This document shows, in pieces, positions 43,631 through 53,423 of a stretch of DNA of 64,000 bases (the stretch's first letter is position 1; the number at the start of each line of letters is the position of its first letter). The stretch covers positions 864,001 to 928,000 of the forward strand of contig CBDCGL010000011.1 of NCBI GenBank assembly GCA_965216755.1, in the 5' to 3' direction. The stretch is from Alphaproteobacteria bacterium (lineage in GTDB: Bacteria > Pseudomonadota > Alphaproteobacteria > UBA7887). Made by a program: the position numbers and the translations under genes. Below the pieces are notes generated by a model that was not told where the DNA came from, did no database searches, and saw nothing but the letters and a program-made list of their open reading frames with translations.

Positions 43631-45940
43631 TTAAAAGAAAGACCCAAACCCAAAGGAAATCAATTCCTCATCGTCAAAGTCTTCCTTGATGATCGCCTTC
43701 GTGAAGTCAATCCTGAGTGGTCCAAAGGGTGACGCCCAAGAAATGCCTATGCCTGCGGACATGCGGACCGATCCCGTATCCAACACATTCAGGTTGGAGG
43801 TATCAACTTGCCGCAAAGACCCCGCGATCGCAAAAATCCGCCCCTTGATGCCAAGTTCGGTTGGTAACCCAAGCGGGAACAAGGCTTCCAAAGTTCCCTT
43901 ATAGAGCAAGTTGCCGCCAAGGGAATCATTGTTGGCGACGTCGCGCGGTCCAACACCGGCCGGTGCAAAGCCGCGAAACGAGTTGCCGCCCAGAAAGAAC
44001 CGATCGCCGATGTCGATATCCTCACTCCCGATACCGAAAATGTACGACCCTTCACCAAGCAGAGACAGCACCCAATCGCCCCACAACGGCAGATAATAGC
44101 CAACCTCCAAGGCGTTGCGCAGATAGTGTTTGTCGCCACCCAGCCCTGCCACATCCGCTGACCAGCGCGCGAAATACCCGTCAGACGGGTTTATGCGATT
44201 GTCCAAACGATCATAAAACAATGTTTGTCCGACGACCGATGTCAGCGTCTCGCCGGACTGGTCCAGAATCGATTGGGGGGCCGTTGAATCCGGTTGGATA
44301 TCTTCCAAACGCAAGGTATAGCGCAAATTCTGCGACAGGAACTCGGTCAACGGATAGCCCGACCTTAGACTGAACCCGGTGAGATCACGCTCAAACGAAC
44401 TTTCGTCGAATTTCTGAACCGTGTTGAAAACGTCAAAACCCGCGGAAAGATTCCGGTTCAGAAAGTATGGTTCGGTGAAATTGAGCTGCAATTCCTGAGA
44501 GATGCCGGACAGCGTGAAACTGAGTCCCAAATCCTGGCCCCGACCCAACAGGTTGCGCTCGCGTATGCCGACCGAGCCCGTCGGACCGGCGACCGATGAA
44601 AAGCCGGCGCCGAACGTCACCTCGCCGGTCGACTGTTCCTCCACATCAACATTAACAATTGTCTGATCCGGCTCGTCGCCCGGCTCGTTGTTCACATCCA
44701 CACGTGAGAAGAATCCCAGGTTCTCGATCAGTTGCCGTGAGCGGCGCAGCTTGGCGGAATTAAACGCGTCGCCCTCGGCCAAGCGCACATTGCGGCGAAT
44801 GACGCGATCCAAGGTGCGCACATTGCCCGTAATATCAATACGTTGAACGTAGACGCGTGGCCCTTCATCAATTTGATAGGTTACGTCGATCGTTAGGTCT
44901 TCGCGGTTCCGCGACACGTTTGGCCGAATATCGACGAATGCGTAGCCCAGTGAGCCGATCTCATCGGTGAGGCTTTGGATCGTTTCTTCCAGGGCCTCCG
45001 CGTCGTACCAGTCCCCGGTATCCGTGGTGACGTCGCCGCGCAACCCTTCTGGGTCGAGTTCGGGCAGAGTGGTCTCTAACGCGATGTCACCAAATCGGTA
45101 GCGCTCGCCCTCGTTGACCGTAAAGGTAATAAAGAAATCCTCACGGTTCGGCGAAAGCTCCGCCACGGCATCTTCGACTCGGAAATCCGCAAAACCCTCT
45201 TTGAGATAGAAGCGACGCAGCAGTTCGCGATCAAAACTCAACCGATCGGGATCGTAGTTATCTGTCGCCGAGAAAAAACGCCACCATCGTGACTGCCGCG
45301 TCTGAATCACTTCACGCAAGGTGCCGTCACTGAAATTCTCGTTGCCGATAAAGACGATCCGTTGGACGCCAGTTAAGGGTCCCTCCTTTATCTCAAAAAC
45401 CAGGTCAACGCGGTTCTGGGCCAGCTGTATAACCTTAGGTTCAACGCTGGCGGCAAATCGACCGCTACGCCGATACAGCTCAATAATCCGCGCAACGTCC
45501 TGCTGAACCTTGGTGCGTGTATAGACAACACGGGGCCTCAGTTGCACCTCGCCAGAGAGAATTTCGTCCTCGATGCGCCGATTGCCCTCGAAGGCTAGCC
45601 TGTTGATGATCGGGTTTTCGACGACCTGAACGATCAACGTATTCTGTTCGCGCCGCAACGTCACATCCGCGAACAGTCCAGTGGAAAACAGGCTTTTTAG
45701 TGTTTCATCAATGCGCAGGGGATCAAAAGGATCACCAGGCCCAACCCGCATATACGAAAGGATTGTCTCATTCTCGATCCGTTGATTGCCATCGATCCGC
45801 ACGTCGCTAATGCTTGGCACTTGCTGCGCGATCGCTGTTGTGCTGCCAAACACGGTCATGCCGATGAACCAAGCAAGCACGCCGCACAAAATTGCTACGC
45901 CCGCCGCAGAAAACCTGCGCCGTACTCCCCACCCATGCAA
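43631..45940 (-). CDS. bamA: Outer membrane protein assembly factor BamA
   Basis: POTRA repeats (GNQRIE, GNVRTLD), FRGF loop, SPFGPL and a C-terminal Phe. Confidence 0.97.
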   Translation of the reverse strand: MHGWGVRRRFSAAGVAILCGVLAWFIGMTVFGSTTAIAQQVPSISDVRIDGNQRIENETILSYMRVGPGDPFDPLRIDETLKSLFSTGLFADVTLRREQNTLIVQVVENPIINRLAFEGNRRIEDEILSGEVQLRPRVVYTRTKVQQDVARIIELYRRSGRFAASVEPKVIQLAQNRVDLVFEIKEGPLTGVQRIVFIGNENFSDGTLREVIQTRQSRWWRFFSATDNYDPDRLSFDRELLRRFYLKEGFADFRVEDAVAELSPNREDFFITFTVNEGERYRFGDIALETTLPELDPEGLRGDVTTDTGDWYDAEALEETIQSLTDEIGSLGYAFVDIRPNVSRNREDLTIDVTYQIDEGPRVYVQRIDITGNVRTLDRVIRRNVRLAEGDAFNSAKLRRSRQLIENLGFFSRVDVNNEPGDEPDQTIVNVDVEEQSTGEVTFGAGFSSVAGPTGSVGIRERNLLGRGQDLGLSFTLSGISQELQLNFTEPYFLNRNLSAGFDVFNTVQKFDESSFERDLTGFSLRSGYPLTEFLSQNLRYTLRLEDIQPDSTAPQSILDQSGETLTSVVGQTLFYDRLDNRINPSDGYFARWSADVAGLGGDKHYLRNALEVGYYLPLWGDWVLSLLGEGSYIFGIGSEDIDIGDRFFLGGNSFRGFAPAGVGPRDVANNDSLGGNLLYKGTLEALFPLGLPTELGIKGRIFAIAGSLRQVDTSNLNVLDTGSVRMSAGIGISWASPFGPLRIDFTKAIIKEDFDDEELISFGFGSFF

Positions 45941-45947
45941 GATGTTC

Positions 45948-47087
45948 TTACCCCGTTAACCGACTGAAGAATTCGATCATGGAGGGCCGCGTCAAATCAT
46001 TGAGCGTGGCAAACACCATGAGCGACAAGACCATCGCGAGCCCGACAAAGTAACCATATTCCTGTGCCCGTTCGCCCAAGGGGCGGCCGCGAACCGCTTC
46101 GATCGAATAGAATACAAGATGACCGCCATCGAGAACAGGAATGGGAAATAGGTTAATCAACCCAAGACTGGCTGAAAGTAGCACAACAAATTCCAGCAGC
46201 GACACGATACCGTGCGAAGCGCGCTCGGCCGACATTTGCGCAATCATGATCGGACCGCCAAGCTCGTCCGGACTCCGTTGGCCGGAAACAATCTCTCCCA
46301 GACTGACCACTGTGCGATGGACCAGAAGGTACGTCTCTTGCACTGCCGCGATGAGCGCATAGGCAGGCCCGAGTGTGACGAATTCCCTTTCGGCGACACC
46401 GATGCCGAGCAAGCCAATCGTATGAACGTTACCAAAGTTGTCTGTGATCTCAGACGCGCGCGGCGTTGCCTGTAGCGTGACACGGCCGCCATTTCGCTCA
46501 ATGGCGAGTTCCAGCGTCTCGCCCGGGCTGAATAGCACGATCTCCCGAATGTCTTCGAACCGCTCGATCGTGCTTGCATCGATCTCAATGATTCGGTCAC
46601 CCGGTAGCAACCCCGCATCCGCGGCGGCACTGTCTTCGACCACCGTCCCCACCACGGGTGGCGTAAAAGGGCGCCCCACAAAGATGAAGACTCCGGTGAG
46701 TATCACGATCGATAGGACGAAATTTGCCAATGGTCCGGCGGCAACGATAGCAATACGTTGCGAGACCCGCTTGTGGTGAAACGACACCGCCCGCTCGTCG
46801 GCCGTCATGCGGTTCAGCGCGACGCTGTCAGGTTCGCTTGACGCCCCCGTGTCGCCAAAAAATCGAACATAGCCGCCCAAGGGGACCATGCTGAATTTCC
46901 AGCGCGTCCCCGACCGCGCTGTAAATCCGAATATCTCTCGCCCGAACCCGATGGAAAAGACGTCGACCTTGACGCCGCACCACCGTGCGACGCTGTAGTG
47001 GCCGAGTTCGTGAATGAACACAACCACAGTCAGAACGACCAGGAACCACGCGACCGTGGATAGAAATCCTTGAAGTGCTTCAATCAT
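45948..47087 (-). CDS. rseP: RIP metalloprotease RseP
   Basis: HELGH zinc motif, AGPLAN, a PDZ domain and NLFPIPVLDGG. Confidence 0.96.
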   Translation of the reverse strand: MIEALQGFLSTVAWFLVVLTVVVFIHELGHYSVARWCGVKVDVFSIGFGREIFGFTARSGTRWKFSMVPLGGYVRFFGDTGASSEPDSVALNRMTADERAVSFHHKRVSQRIAIVAAGPLANFVLSIVILTGVFIFVGRPFTPPVVGTVVEDSAAADAGLLPGDRIIEIDASTIERFEDIREIVLFSPGETLELAIERNGGRVTLQATPRASEITDNFGNVHTIGLLGIGVAEREFVTLGPAYALIAAVQETYLLVHRTVVSLGEIVSGQRSPDELGGPIMIAQMSAERASHGIVSLLEFVVLLSASLGLINLFPIPVLDGGHLVFYSIEAVRGRPLGERAQEYGYFVGLAMVLSLMVFATLNDLTRPSMIEFFSRLTG

Positions 47088-47123
47088 GCCAGTCTGTTTC
47101 TAATGCGTATTGGTGCCGGATCG

Positions 47124-48326
47124 TCATCGGCCAATCAAGTCCTTGGCGCGAAGTCGAGCGTCGCGGTCCATGGCGATCACATCGTCAAGCGATTCGACCT
47201 CCATACGTGGCATCACTTCCAGCGTGCGTTCAACCACCGTGACAATATCGAGGAATGGCAGCGCGCCATCCAAGAACGCGCGCACCGCAATTTCGTTCGC
47301 GGCGTTTAAGACAATCGGCGCTGCGCCACCATCGCGCAGCGAATCTCGTGCCAATCTCAACGCCGGAAATTTATCGAAATCAGGCTGTTCGAAGGTTAAT
47401 TGATGAATCGAGGCAAGGTCTAATCTGGCCACTGGCGCTGGCATGCGATCGGGCCAGCCTAAGCTATACGCAATTGGCGTGCGCATGTCGGGTGCACCTA
47501 GTTGCGCCAATACCGACCCGTCGCAATAGGCGACCATGCTGTGCACAACAGATTGCGGGTGAACTAATATCTCTATCTGGTTCGCGGTCACCGGAAACAG
47601 GTGGAACGCTTCGATCAGTTCAAGGCCCTTGTTCATCATCGTGGCCGAATCGACCGAAATCTTGGCACCCATATCCCAATTTGGGTGCGCAACCGCTTCG
47701 TCCGGCGTTACACGTCCCAAAGTGCCCCGATCGCGGTCGCGAAACGGCCCGCCCGAAGCCGTAAGGATGATTTTATCGACCCGTTCTGGGTACTGAAAAT
47801 CAAAGACTTGGAAGATCGCGTTATGTTCTGAGTCGACCGGCAACAAGGTCGCTCTGTGCTTGGCGATCTCACGCAGCATCAGCTCGCCAGCGCAGACCAG
47901 ACACTCTTTGTTGGCGAGCGCAACAACGGCGCCGCGGCGCACGGCCGATAAAGTTGGTGCCAAGCCGGCGGCGCCGACTATGCCGGCCATAACCCAATCG
48001 GCCGGGCGCTCGGCCGCCTCCATGAGGCCTTGCATTCCACTGGCTGCGCGAACCCCGGTACCGGACAAAGCATCACGCAACTTAGGATAGCTGCGGTCGT
48101 CGCCAATGACGGCGAGTTTGGGCTTAAGTCGCCGCGCTTGCTGTACAAGTCGCTCGACATTGCGATTGGCGGTCAGCGCCTCGATGACGTAGTCGTTCAG
48201 GTTCTGTTCGATCAAGTTGACCGTGCTCTGACCGATCGATCCCGTCGACCCAAGAATGGTCAGGTGCCGCGGCTGTTGGCTGCGCGCCACCTCTGTCTTT
48301 GTTGTTGTTGCCGCGCTCAACGCCAT
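47124..48326 (-). CDS. dxr: 1-deoxy-D-xylulose-5-phosphate reductoisomerase
   Basis: Motifs LGSTGSIG, LANKE, PVDSEH and HPNWDMGAKISVDSATMMNK. Confidence 0.97.
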   Translation of the reverse strand: MALSAATTTKTEVARSQQPRHLTILGSTGSIGQSTVNLIEQNLNDYVIEALTANRNVERLVQQARRLKPKLAVIGDDRSYPKLRDALSGTGVRAASGMQGLMEAAERPADWVMAGIVGAAGLAPTLSAVRRGAVVALANKECLVCAGELMLREIAKHRATLLPVDSEHNAIFQVFDFQYPERVDKIILTASGGPFRDRDRGTLGRVTPDEAVAHPNWDMGAKISVDSATMMNKGLELIEAFHLFPVTANQIEILVHPQSVVHSMVAYCDGSVLAQLGAPDMRTPIAYSLGWPDRMPAPVARLDLASIHQLTFEQPDFDKFPALRLARDSLRDGGAAPIVLNAANEIAVRAFLDGALPFLDIVTVVERTLEVMPRMEVESLDDVIAMDRDARLRAKDLIGR

Positions 48327-49129
48327 TGCGCCAGATCCCCCCCGCTCAGGAACGCGATTATCGCGAAAAACGGTGCCCCGGTCACAAGCCCATCAATGCG
48401 ATCCATGAGTCCGCCGTGCCCGGGTATCAGGCCACCGCTGTCCTTGATGCCGCGACGACGTTTCAAACCTGATTCCAACAAATCACCCAATTGCGCGACA
48501 ATGGCCAATAGCGCGCCCAGTACCGCGAACCATTTAATCGACTGCGGCGCAAACATCATGCTGCCGGCAATAGCGGCAACCGCCGCCGCGGCGATGACCC
48601 CACCGGCGAGTCCCGCCCACGTCTTACCGGGACTAATTCGCGGTGCGAGCCTAGGCCCACCGATAAGCTTACCAGCGAAATAAGCCAAGATATCGGTCGC
48701 CCATACGACCAAAAGAAGCCACAGCAGCAAACTTCGTCCGGTCGTGGGAAACTCGCGTAGCCATATCAGCGACAGCGCGGGTACTCCGATGTAGATAACC
48801 CCCGCCCCGATCCAAGCCAATGGCCGGTATCCCCGCCAGATGGCAACAACAATAACCAACGCCCAGACGCCCAACCACAAGACCGCGCCCACTGTCAGGT
48901 GTAACGCTGTCAACGGCATCACGATTATGACCGATATCAGTAACGCGGCGAATGCCCAGCCGATGCCACGGTTACCGGCGAGGTGATTCCATTCCCAGGC
49001 CATGATTGTCGTGCCAATCGCGACAAGTGCCAAAAAAGGGAAGCCGCCCGACCAAGCGGCCCATAACACGATCGGTGCCATGACAATGGCAGAGAGGACA
49101 CGAAGGGTTAACTTTGACTGCAACGCCAC
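48317..49129 (-). CDS. cdsA: Phosphatidate cytidylyltransferase
   Basis: Motifs WATDILAY, ISPGKTW, GDLLES and KDSG..IPGHGG.MDRID. Confidence 0.96.
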   Translation of the reverse strand: MALQSKLTLRVLSAIVMAPIVLWAAWSGGFPFLALVAIGTTIMAWEWNHLAGNRGIGWAFAALLISVIIVMPLTALHLTVGAVLWLGVWALVIVVAIWRGYRPLAWIGAGVIYIGVPALSLIWLREFPTTGRSLLLWLLLVVWATDILAYFAGKLIGGPRLAPRISPGKTWAGLAGGVIAAAAVAAIAGSMMFAPQSIKWFAVLGALLAIVAQLGDLLESGLKRRRGIKDSGGLIPGHGGLMDRIDGLVTGAPFFAIIAFLSGGDLAQWR

Positions 49130-49131
49130 CC

Positions 49132-49866
49132 TTACCCGCCGGTGCCGCCGTAACGACGCTCTCGGCGATGGTAGTCTGAAATTGCCGCTTCCAGGTCATC
49201 GCGGCCAAAATCCGGCCACAATGTGGGCGTGAAGACCAGTTCCGCGTAGGCACACTGCCACAGCAGGAAATTACTCAGGCGGCATTCGCCGCTTGTTCGG
49301 ATGAGCAGATCCGGATCCGGCAAACCAACGGTATCAAGGCGTGCCGCGAACAAATCCTCGGTAACGTCTTCTATGTTAATTATTCCGGCCTGAACGTCGG
49401 CGACAATGTCGCGAACCGCCGCCACAATCTCATTTCGAGCACCGTAATTGAGAGCGACAGTCAGGTGAAGGTCCTGATTCCCTGCCGTTGAGTCTTCAGC
49501 CTGCTCGATCAGCGTCTGTATGTCACTGGCCAGGCGCCGTCGATCGCCAATCACACGTAAGCGGATGCCATTCTGACGCAATTCGGCCAATTCGCGGCGG
49601 ATGTAGAGCCGCAACAGGGCCATCAGATCTTGGACCTCGTCTGCGGGCCGTTTCCAATTCTCAGACGAAAATGCATAGAGCGTCAGATAGCGAACGCCCA
49701 AATCCCCGCAGGCCCGCACAACTTTGCGCACCGCCCCAGCGCCGCGCTGGTGACCCGCAGTTCGAGGCAGTCCCCGGCTGCGCGCCCACCTTCCATTGCC
49801 GTCCATAATAACGGCGATGTGCGTCGGTGGGGGCGGTGGGTCCAGTCGTGGCGCTGCCTGCTCCAT
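49132..49866 (-). CDS. uppS: Undecaprenyl diphosphate synthase
   Basis: Motifs IMDGNGRWA, FSSENWKR and IRTSGE.RLSNFLLWQ. Confidence 0.97.
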   Translation of the reverse strand: MEQAAPRLDPPPPPTHIAVIMDGNGRWARSRGLPRTAGHQRGAGAVRKVVRACGDLGVRYLTLYAFSSENWKRPADEVQDLMALLRLYIRRELAELRQNGIRLRVIGDRRRLASDIQTLIEQAEDSTAGNQDLHLTVALNYGARNEIVAAVRDIVADVQAGIINIEDVTEDLFAARLDTVGLPDPDLLIRTSGECRLSNFLLWQCAYAELVFTPTLWPDFGRDDLEAAISDYHRRERRYGGTGG

Positions 49867-49878
49867 TATCGAGTTGCC

Positions 49879-50436
49879 CTAGATCTGAAGGATTTCTTGT
49901 TCTTTAGAATCTACCGACGCGCCGATCCTCTTGATCATTTCATCCGTCATTTCCTGGACTTTCTCGCCCTCGGCGCGATGTTCATCCTGCGACATGTCGC
50001 CCGCCTTCTCCATGCGCTTCAGGGCATCCATCCCGTCGCGCCGAACATTGCGAACCGCGACACGGGCATCCTCGCCATATTTATGGGCCAATTTGGCCAT
50101 TTCCTTGCGTCGCTCTTCGGTCAGTTCGGGAATGGGTACCCGAAGCAATTGCCCTTCGGTCACTGGATTCAAGCCCAAACCACCATCGCGAATCGCCTTT
50201 TCGACCGCTTTGACCATGGTCTTGTCCCAGACCTGAACGGTCAACAAGCGCGCCTCGGGGGCACTGACCGTGGCCAACTGGTTGAGCGGCATGTGCGAAC
50301 CGTAGGCCTCGACCGAAACAGGTTCCAATAGACTGACAGCGGCACGCCCCGTGCGAAGCCCGGTCAACTCCTGATGTAAAACGTTAAGCGCGCCCTCCAT
50401 ACGACGCTTTAAGCCCTGGAGGTTGTAGGTTGTCAT
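49879..50436 (-). CDS. frr: Ribosome recycling factor
   Basis: Motifs [16 protein letters not shown] and VRNVRRD. Confidence 0.97.
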   Translation of the reverse strand: MTTYNLQGLKRRMEGALNVLHQELTGLRTGRAAVSLLEPVSVEAYGSHMPLNQLATVSAPEARLLTVQVWDKTMVKAVEKAIRDGGLGLNPVTEGQLLRVPIPELTEERRKEMAKLAHKYGEDARVAVRNVRRDGMDALKRMEKAGDMSQDEHRAEGEKVQEMTDEMIKRIGASVDSKEQEILQI

Positions 50437-51209
50437 GGCGCCTCGCTCTCGCCGCTGATGAGCGTAAACGGCCCTTTTCCCGCGATTACAGCCGCGAACG
50501 CCCCCGGCTTTCCAATGTTGAACACGATTATCGGAATGTTGTTGTCGCGCGCCAAGCTGATTGCGGACGCGTCCATCACTTTCAAGTCCTTGACCAAGAC
50601 ATCGTGGAAAGTGAGCCGGTCGAACCGCTTTGCGCCCTTGGTCAGATGGGGGTCGGCCGAATAAACGCCGTCGACTTGGGTCCCCTTCAGCATCGCATCG
50701 CAGTCCATTTCCGCGGCGCGCAGTGCCGCAGCGGTGTCCGTCGTGAAGTAAGGATTGCCGGTTCCCGCCGCAAATATAACGATTCGCCCTTTCTCCATAT
50801 GGCGAACCGCCCGCCGACGCAAAAATGGCTCACAAACTGCGGGCATGCGAAGCGCAGATTGCACGCGTGTTTGCACCCCCAAGCTCTCAAGCACGCCTTG
50901 CAACGCCAAGGCATTGATCACAGTGGCTAGCATGCCCATGCTGTCCGCCGTGGCGCGTTCTAGGCCGGCCGCCGGCCCCGCGACACCGCGAAATATGTTG
51001 CCGCCGCCGATCACGGCACAGACCTCCACCCCCTGTGCGTGCACGTCGCGCAGATCAATCGCGACGCGCTGCAAGACGTCCGGGTCGTGCCCAAACGTTC
51101 GATCGCCCATCAATGCTTCGCCCGAGATCTTGATCAAGACGCGCTGATAATCGGCGGACTTAGGCGGAATGACGGCCAGATCTTCAGATGTTTCCAAAGC
51201 CATCCCCAT
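50433..51209 (-). CDS. pyrH: UMP kinase
   Basis: Motifs [23 protein letters not shown] and DGVYSADP. Confidence 0.97.
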   Translation of the reverse strand: MGMALETSEDLAVIPPKSADYQRVLIKISGEALMGDRTFGHDPDVLQRVAIDLRDVHAQGVEVCAVIGGGNIFRGVAGPAAGLERATADSMGMLATVINALALQGVLESLGVQTRVQSALRMPAVCEPFLRRRAVRHMEKGRIVIFAAGTGNPYFTTDTAAALRAAEMDCDAMLKGTQVDGVYSADPHLTKGAKRFDRLTFHDVLVKDLKVMDASAISLARDNNIPIIVFNIGKPGAFAAVIAGKGPFTLISGESEAP

Positions 51210-51315
51210 ATGCCTCTCGCCGCGAACGATCTAAATACTGGGCGTGGGCCACCGCGTTGCCGCTCGCACCCTACACACAATTGCAGCGGTTGTCGGGGCC
51301 ATTTCCCGCCGGCGG

Positions 51316-52242
51316 CTAGGTGCCCGCCTGCGCAGCGACTTCCGCCGCAAAGTCAGACTCTTTTTTTTCGACGCCTTCACCAAGTTGACAACGAGCATAG
51401 TCAACTAGGGTGACGGCCGTTCCAAGATCCTTGGCTGTATTCTCAATCACCGCGCCAACCTTAGTCTCCCCATCGACAACAAAAACCTGGTCAATAAGGA
51501 TCGCCTCTTCATAAAACTTCCTCAGTCGGCCTTCGACCATCTTTTCAATAATGTTGTCCGGTTTTCCTGTCTGCCGGGCCTGATCAGTCATCACTTGGCG
51601 TTCGCGATCCAGAACCGCCGGGTCAAGGGAGTCGCGCGTGATCGCTTCCGGTCGCGCCGCGCAAATATGCATCGCCAATTGTTTGCCCAAAGTGTCCAAA
51701 ACGGCCGTGTCGCCTTTTGACTCCAAGCCGACCAGTACGCCAATCCGTCCCAGCTGTGGTGTGATCGCGTTGTGGACGTAGCTCGCGACCACCCCATCCG
51801 GCACGGATATGGCAGCGGTCCGCCGCAGCACAAGATTCTCGCCAATGCGGCCGACAAGTTGGGTCAGAGCCTCAGCGACGGTCGTGCCGGAGTCGGGAAA
51901 TGGCGCGGCCGAAGTCCTGTCAAGGTCACCATCATTCTCCAATGCCACGGCCGCCACAGTGCGCACGAACGCTTGAAATTCCTCGTTACGTGACACGAAG
52001 TCGGTTTCCGCATTGATTTCGACGACCGCGCCACGCTTGCCGTCCGTTGCGACCCCGACAAGTCCCTCGGCCGCGACTCGTCCAGCCTTCTTTGCCGCCG
52101 CGGCAAGGCCCTTCTTGCGCAGCCAGTCTGTCGCGGTTTCAAGATCGCCATCATTCTCAGACAGAGCCTTCTTGCAGTCCATCATGCCCGCGCCCGTCTT
52201 TTCGCGCAGCTCTTTGACCAGCGCGGCGGTGATCTCAGCCAT
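51316..52242 (-). CDS. tsf: Elongation factor Ts
   Basis: Motifs [19 protein letters not shown] and ETDFV. Confidence 0.98.
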   Translation of the reverse strand: MAEITAALVKELREKTGAGMMDCKKALSENDGDLETATDWLRKKGLAAAAKKAGRVAAEGLVGVATDGKRGAVVEINAETDFVSRNEEFQAFVRTVAAVALENDGDLDRTSAAPFPDSGTTVAEALTQLVGRIGENLVLRRTAAISVPDGVVASYVHNAITPQLGRIGVLVGLESKGDTAVLDTLGKQLAMHICAARPEAITRDSLDPAVLDRERQVMTDQARQTGKPDNIIEKMVEGRLRKFYEEAILIDQVFVVDGETKVGAVIENTAKDLGTAVTLVDYARCQLGEGVEKKESDFAAEVAAQAGT

Positions 52243-52318
52243 TGTTCGAATATCCCTACTTGTCCGAGTGGTCGTGTTTGCAAATCACGGCGAAAAGATC
52301 GCCATCACCCTTCTGGGC

Positions 52319-53185
52319 CTATCCGCTCGGGGCTGGTTGTTCTTGCGTTTCGGTGGCCACCGCCGGCGTTTCTGGCGCGGCGGGGTTCGTAGCCGTACCA
52401 TCCGGTACCTTTTCAGCGGCCGCTTTGGCGCCATTTCCAGTCAGATCTTCACCCGGAGCTTCCTCTGCTTCGCCGATGTCCTGGCCGGTCGCCACCAATT
52501 CGGCCTGCAAGCCATCCAGCACCGTGCGCGCGAACAAGTCGCAATACAGATTTACCGCGCGTGTCGCATCGTCATTGCCCGGAATCAAATAGTCGACGCC
52601 ATCTGGGTCCGAGTTACTATCGACGACGGCGACAATGGGAATATTCAGTTTGCGCGCTTCGTGTTTGGCAATCTGCTCTTTGTTCGTGTCGAGGATAAAC
52701 ACCACATCGGGCAATCCGCCCATTTCGCGAATGCCGCCGAGAGTCAATTCTAAACGATCCCGCTCGCGGGTAAGGTTCAGCAGCTCTTTTTTGGTCAAGC
52801 CGATGTTCTCATCCGCCAACCGCTCATCAAGCTGGTGAAGCCGGTGAATCGACTTTGATATCGTCGACCAATTGGTCAGCATGCCGCCCAACCAACGGTG
52901 ATTGACAAAGTATTGACCGCTACGCTTCGCATTTTCCGCAATAGGTCCAGCGGCCTGTCGCTTGGTGCCAACAAACAGGACCCTTCCGCCACCGGCAACG
53001 ACGCCCTGTACGAATTCCAGTGCGCGATACAGCATGGGCACGGTTTGCTGCAGATCAATGATGTGGACGCCGTTTCGCACGCCAAACAAATAGGGTTCCA
53101 TTTTGGGATTCCAGCGCTGGGTCTGGTGCCCAAAATGGACGCCGGCTTCCAGCAGCTGGCGCATGGTGAACGTGGGGACTGACAT
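52319..53185 (-). CDS. rpsB: 30S ribosomal protein S2
   Basis: Motifs [24 protein letters not shown] and PGNDDA. Confidence 0.98.
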   Translation of the reverse strand: MSVPTFTMRQLLEAGVHFGHQTQRWNPKMEPYLFGVRNGVHIIDLQQTVPMLYRALEFVQGVVAGGGRVLFVGTKRQAAGPIAENAKRSGQYFVNHRWLGGMLTNWSTISKSIHRLHQLDERLADENIGLTKKELLNLTRERDRLELTLGGIREMGGLPDVVFILDTNKEQIAKHEARKLNIPIVAVVDSNSDPDGVDYLIPGNDDATRAVNLYCDLFARTVLDGLQAELVATGQDIGEAEEAPGEDLTGNGAKAAAEKVPDGTATNPAAPETPAVATETQEQPAPSG

Positions 53186-53189
53186 GGTC

Positions 53190-53296
53190 TCTCCAATCTC
53201 CGGTTATGCCGCCGCGGGTATGTGGCTCAGTCGTCGTCTGACCGAACACCGGATCAATCGCGCCAATTATGGTTCGCGACCGCAACCCGCGTGAGG
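53190..53296 (-). promoter_or_regulatory. Structured rpsB 5' leader (probable S2 autoregulatory element)
   Basis: On the minus strand CGCGGGT (53291-53285) pairs with ACCCGCG (53219-53213), followed by GCGGCATAACCGGAG and the RBS. This layout is typical of rpsB leaders. Confidence 0.55.
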
Positions 53297-53423
53297 AATG
53301 AAACAAAAGGCGCGACTTAGGTCATCGCGCCTCCCATTCAAAACCATAATTTGAAAGCAATTTCAAAGTAAACTTACCATCCCAGCCGATAATGCGATCG
53401 ACGCTGTCTTTTTTCTGGCCAAC

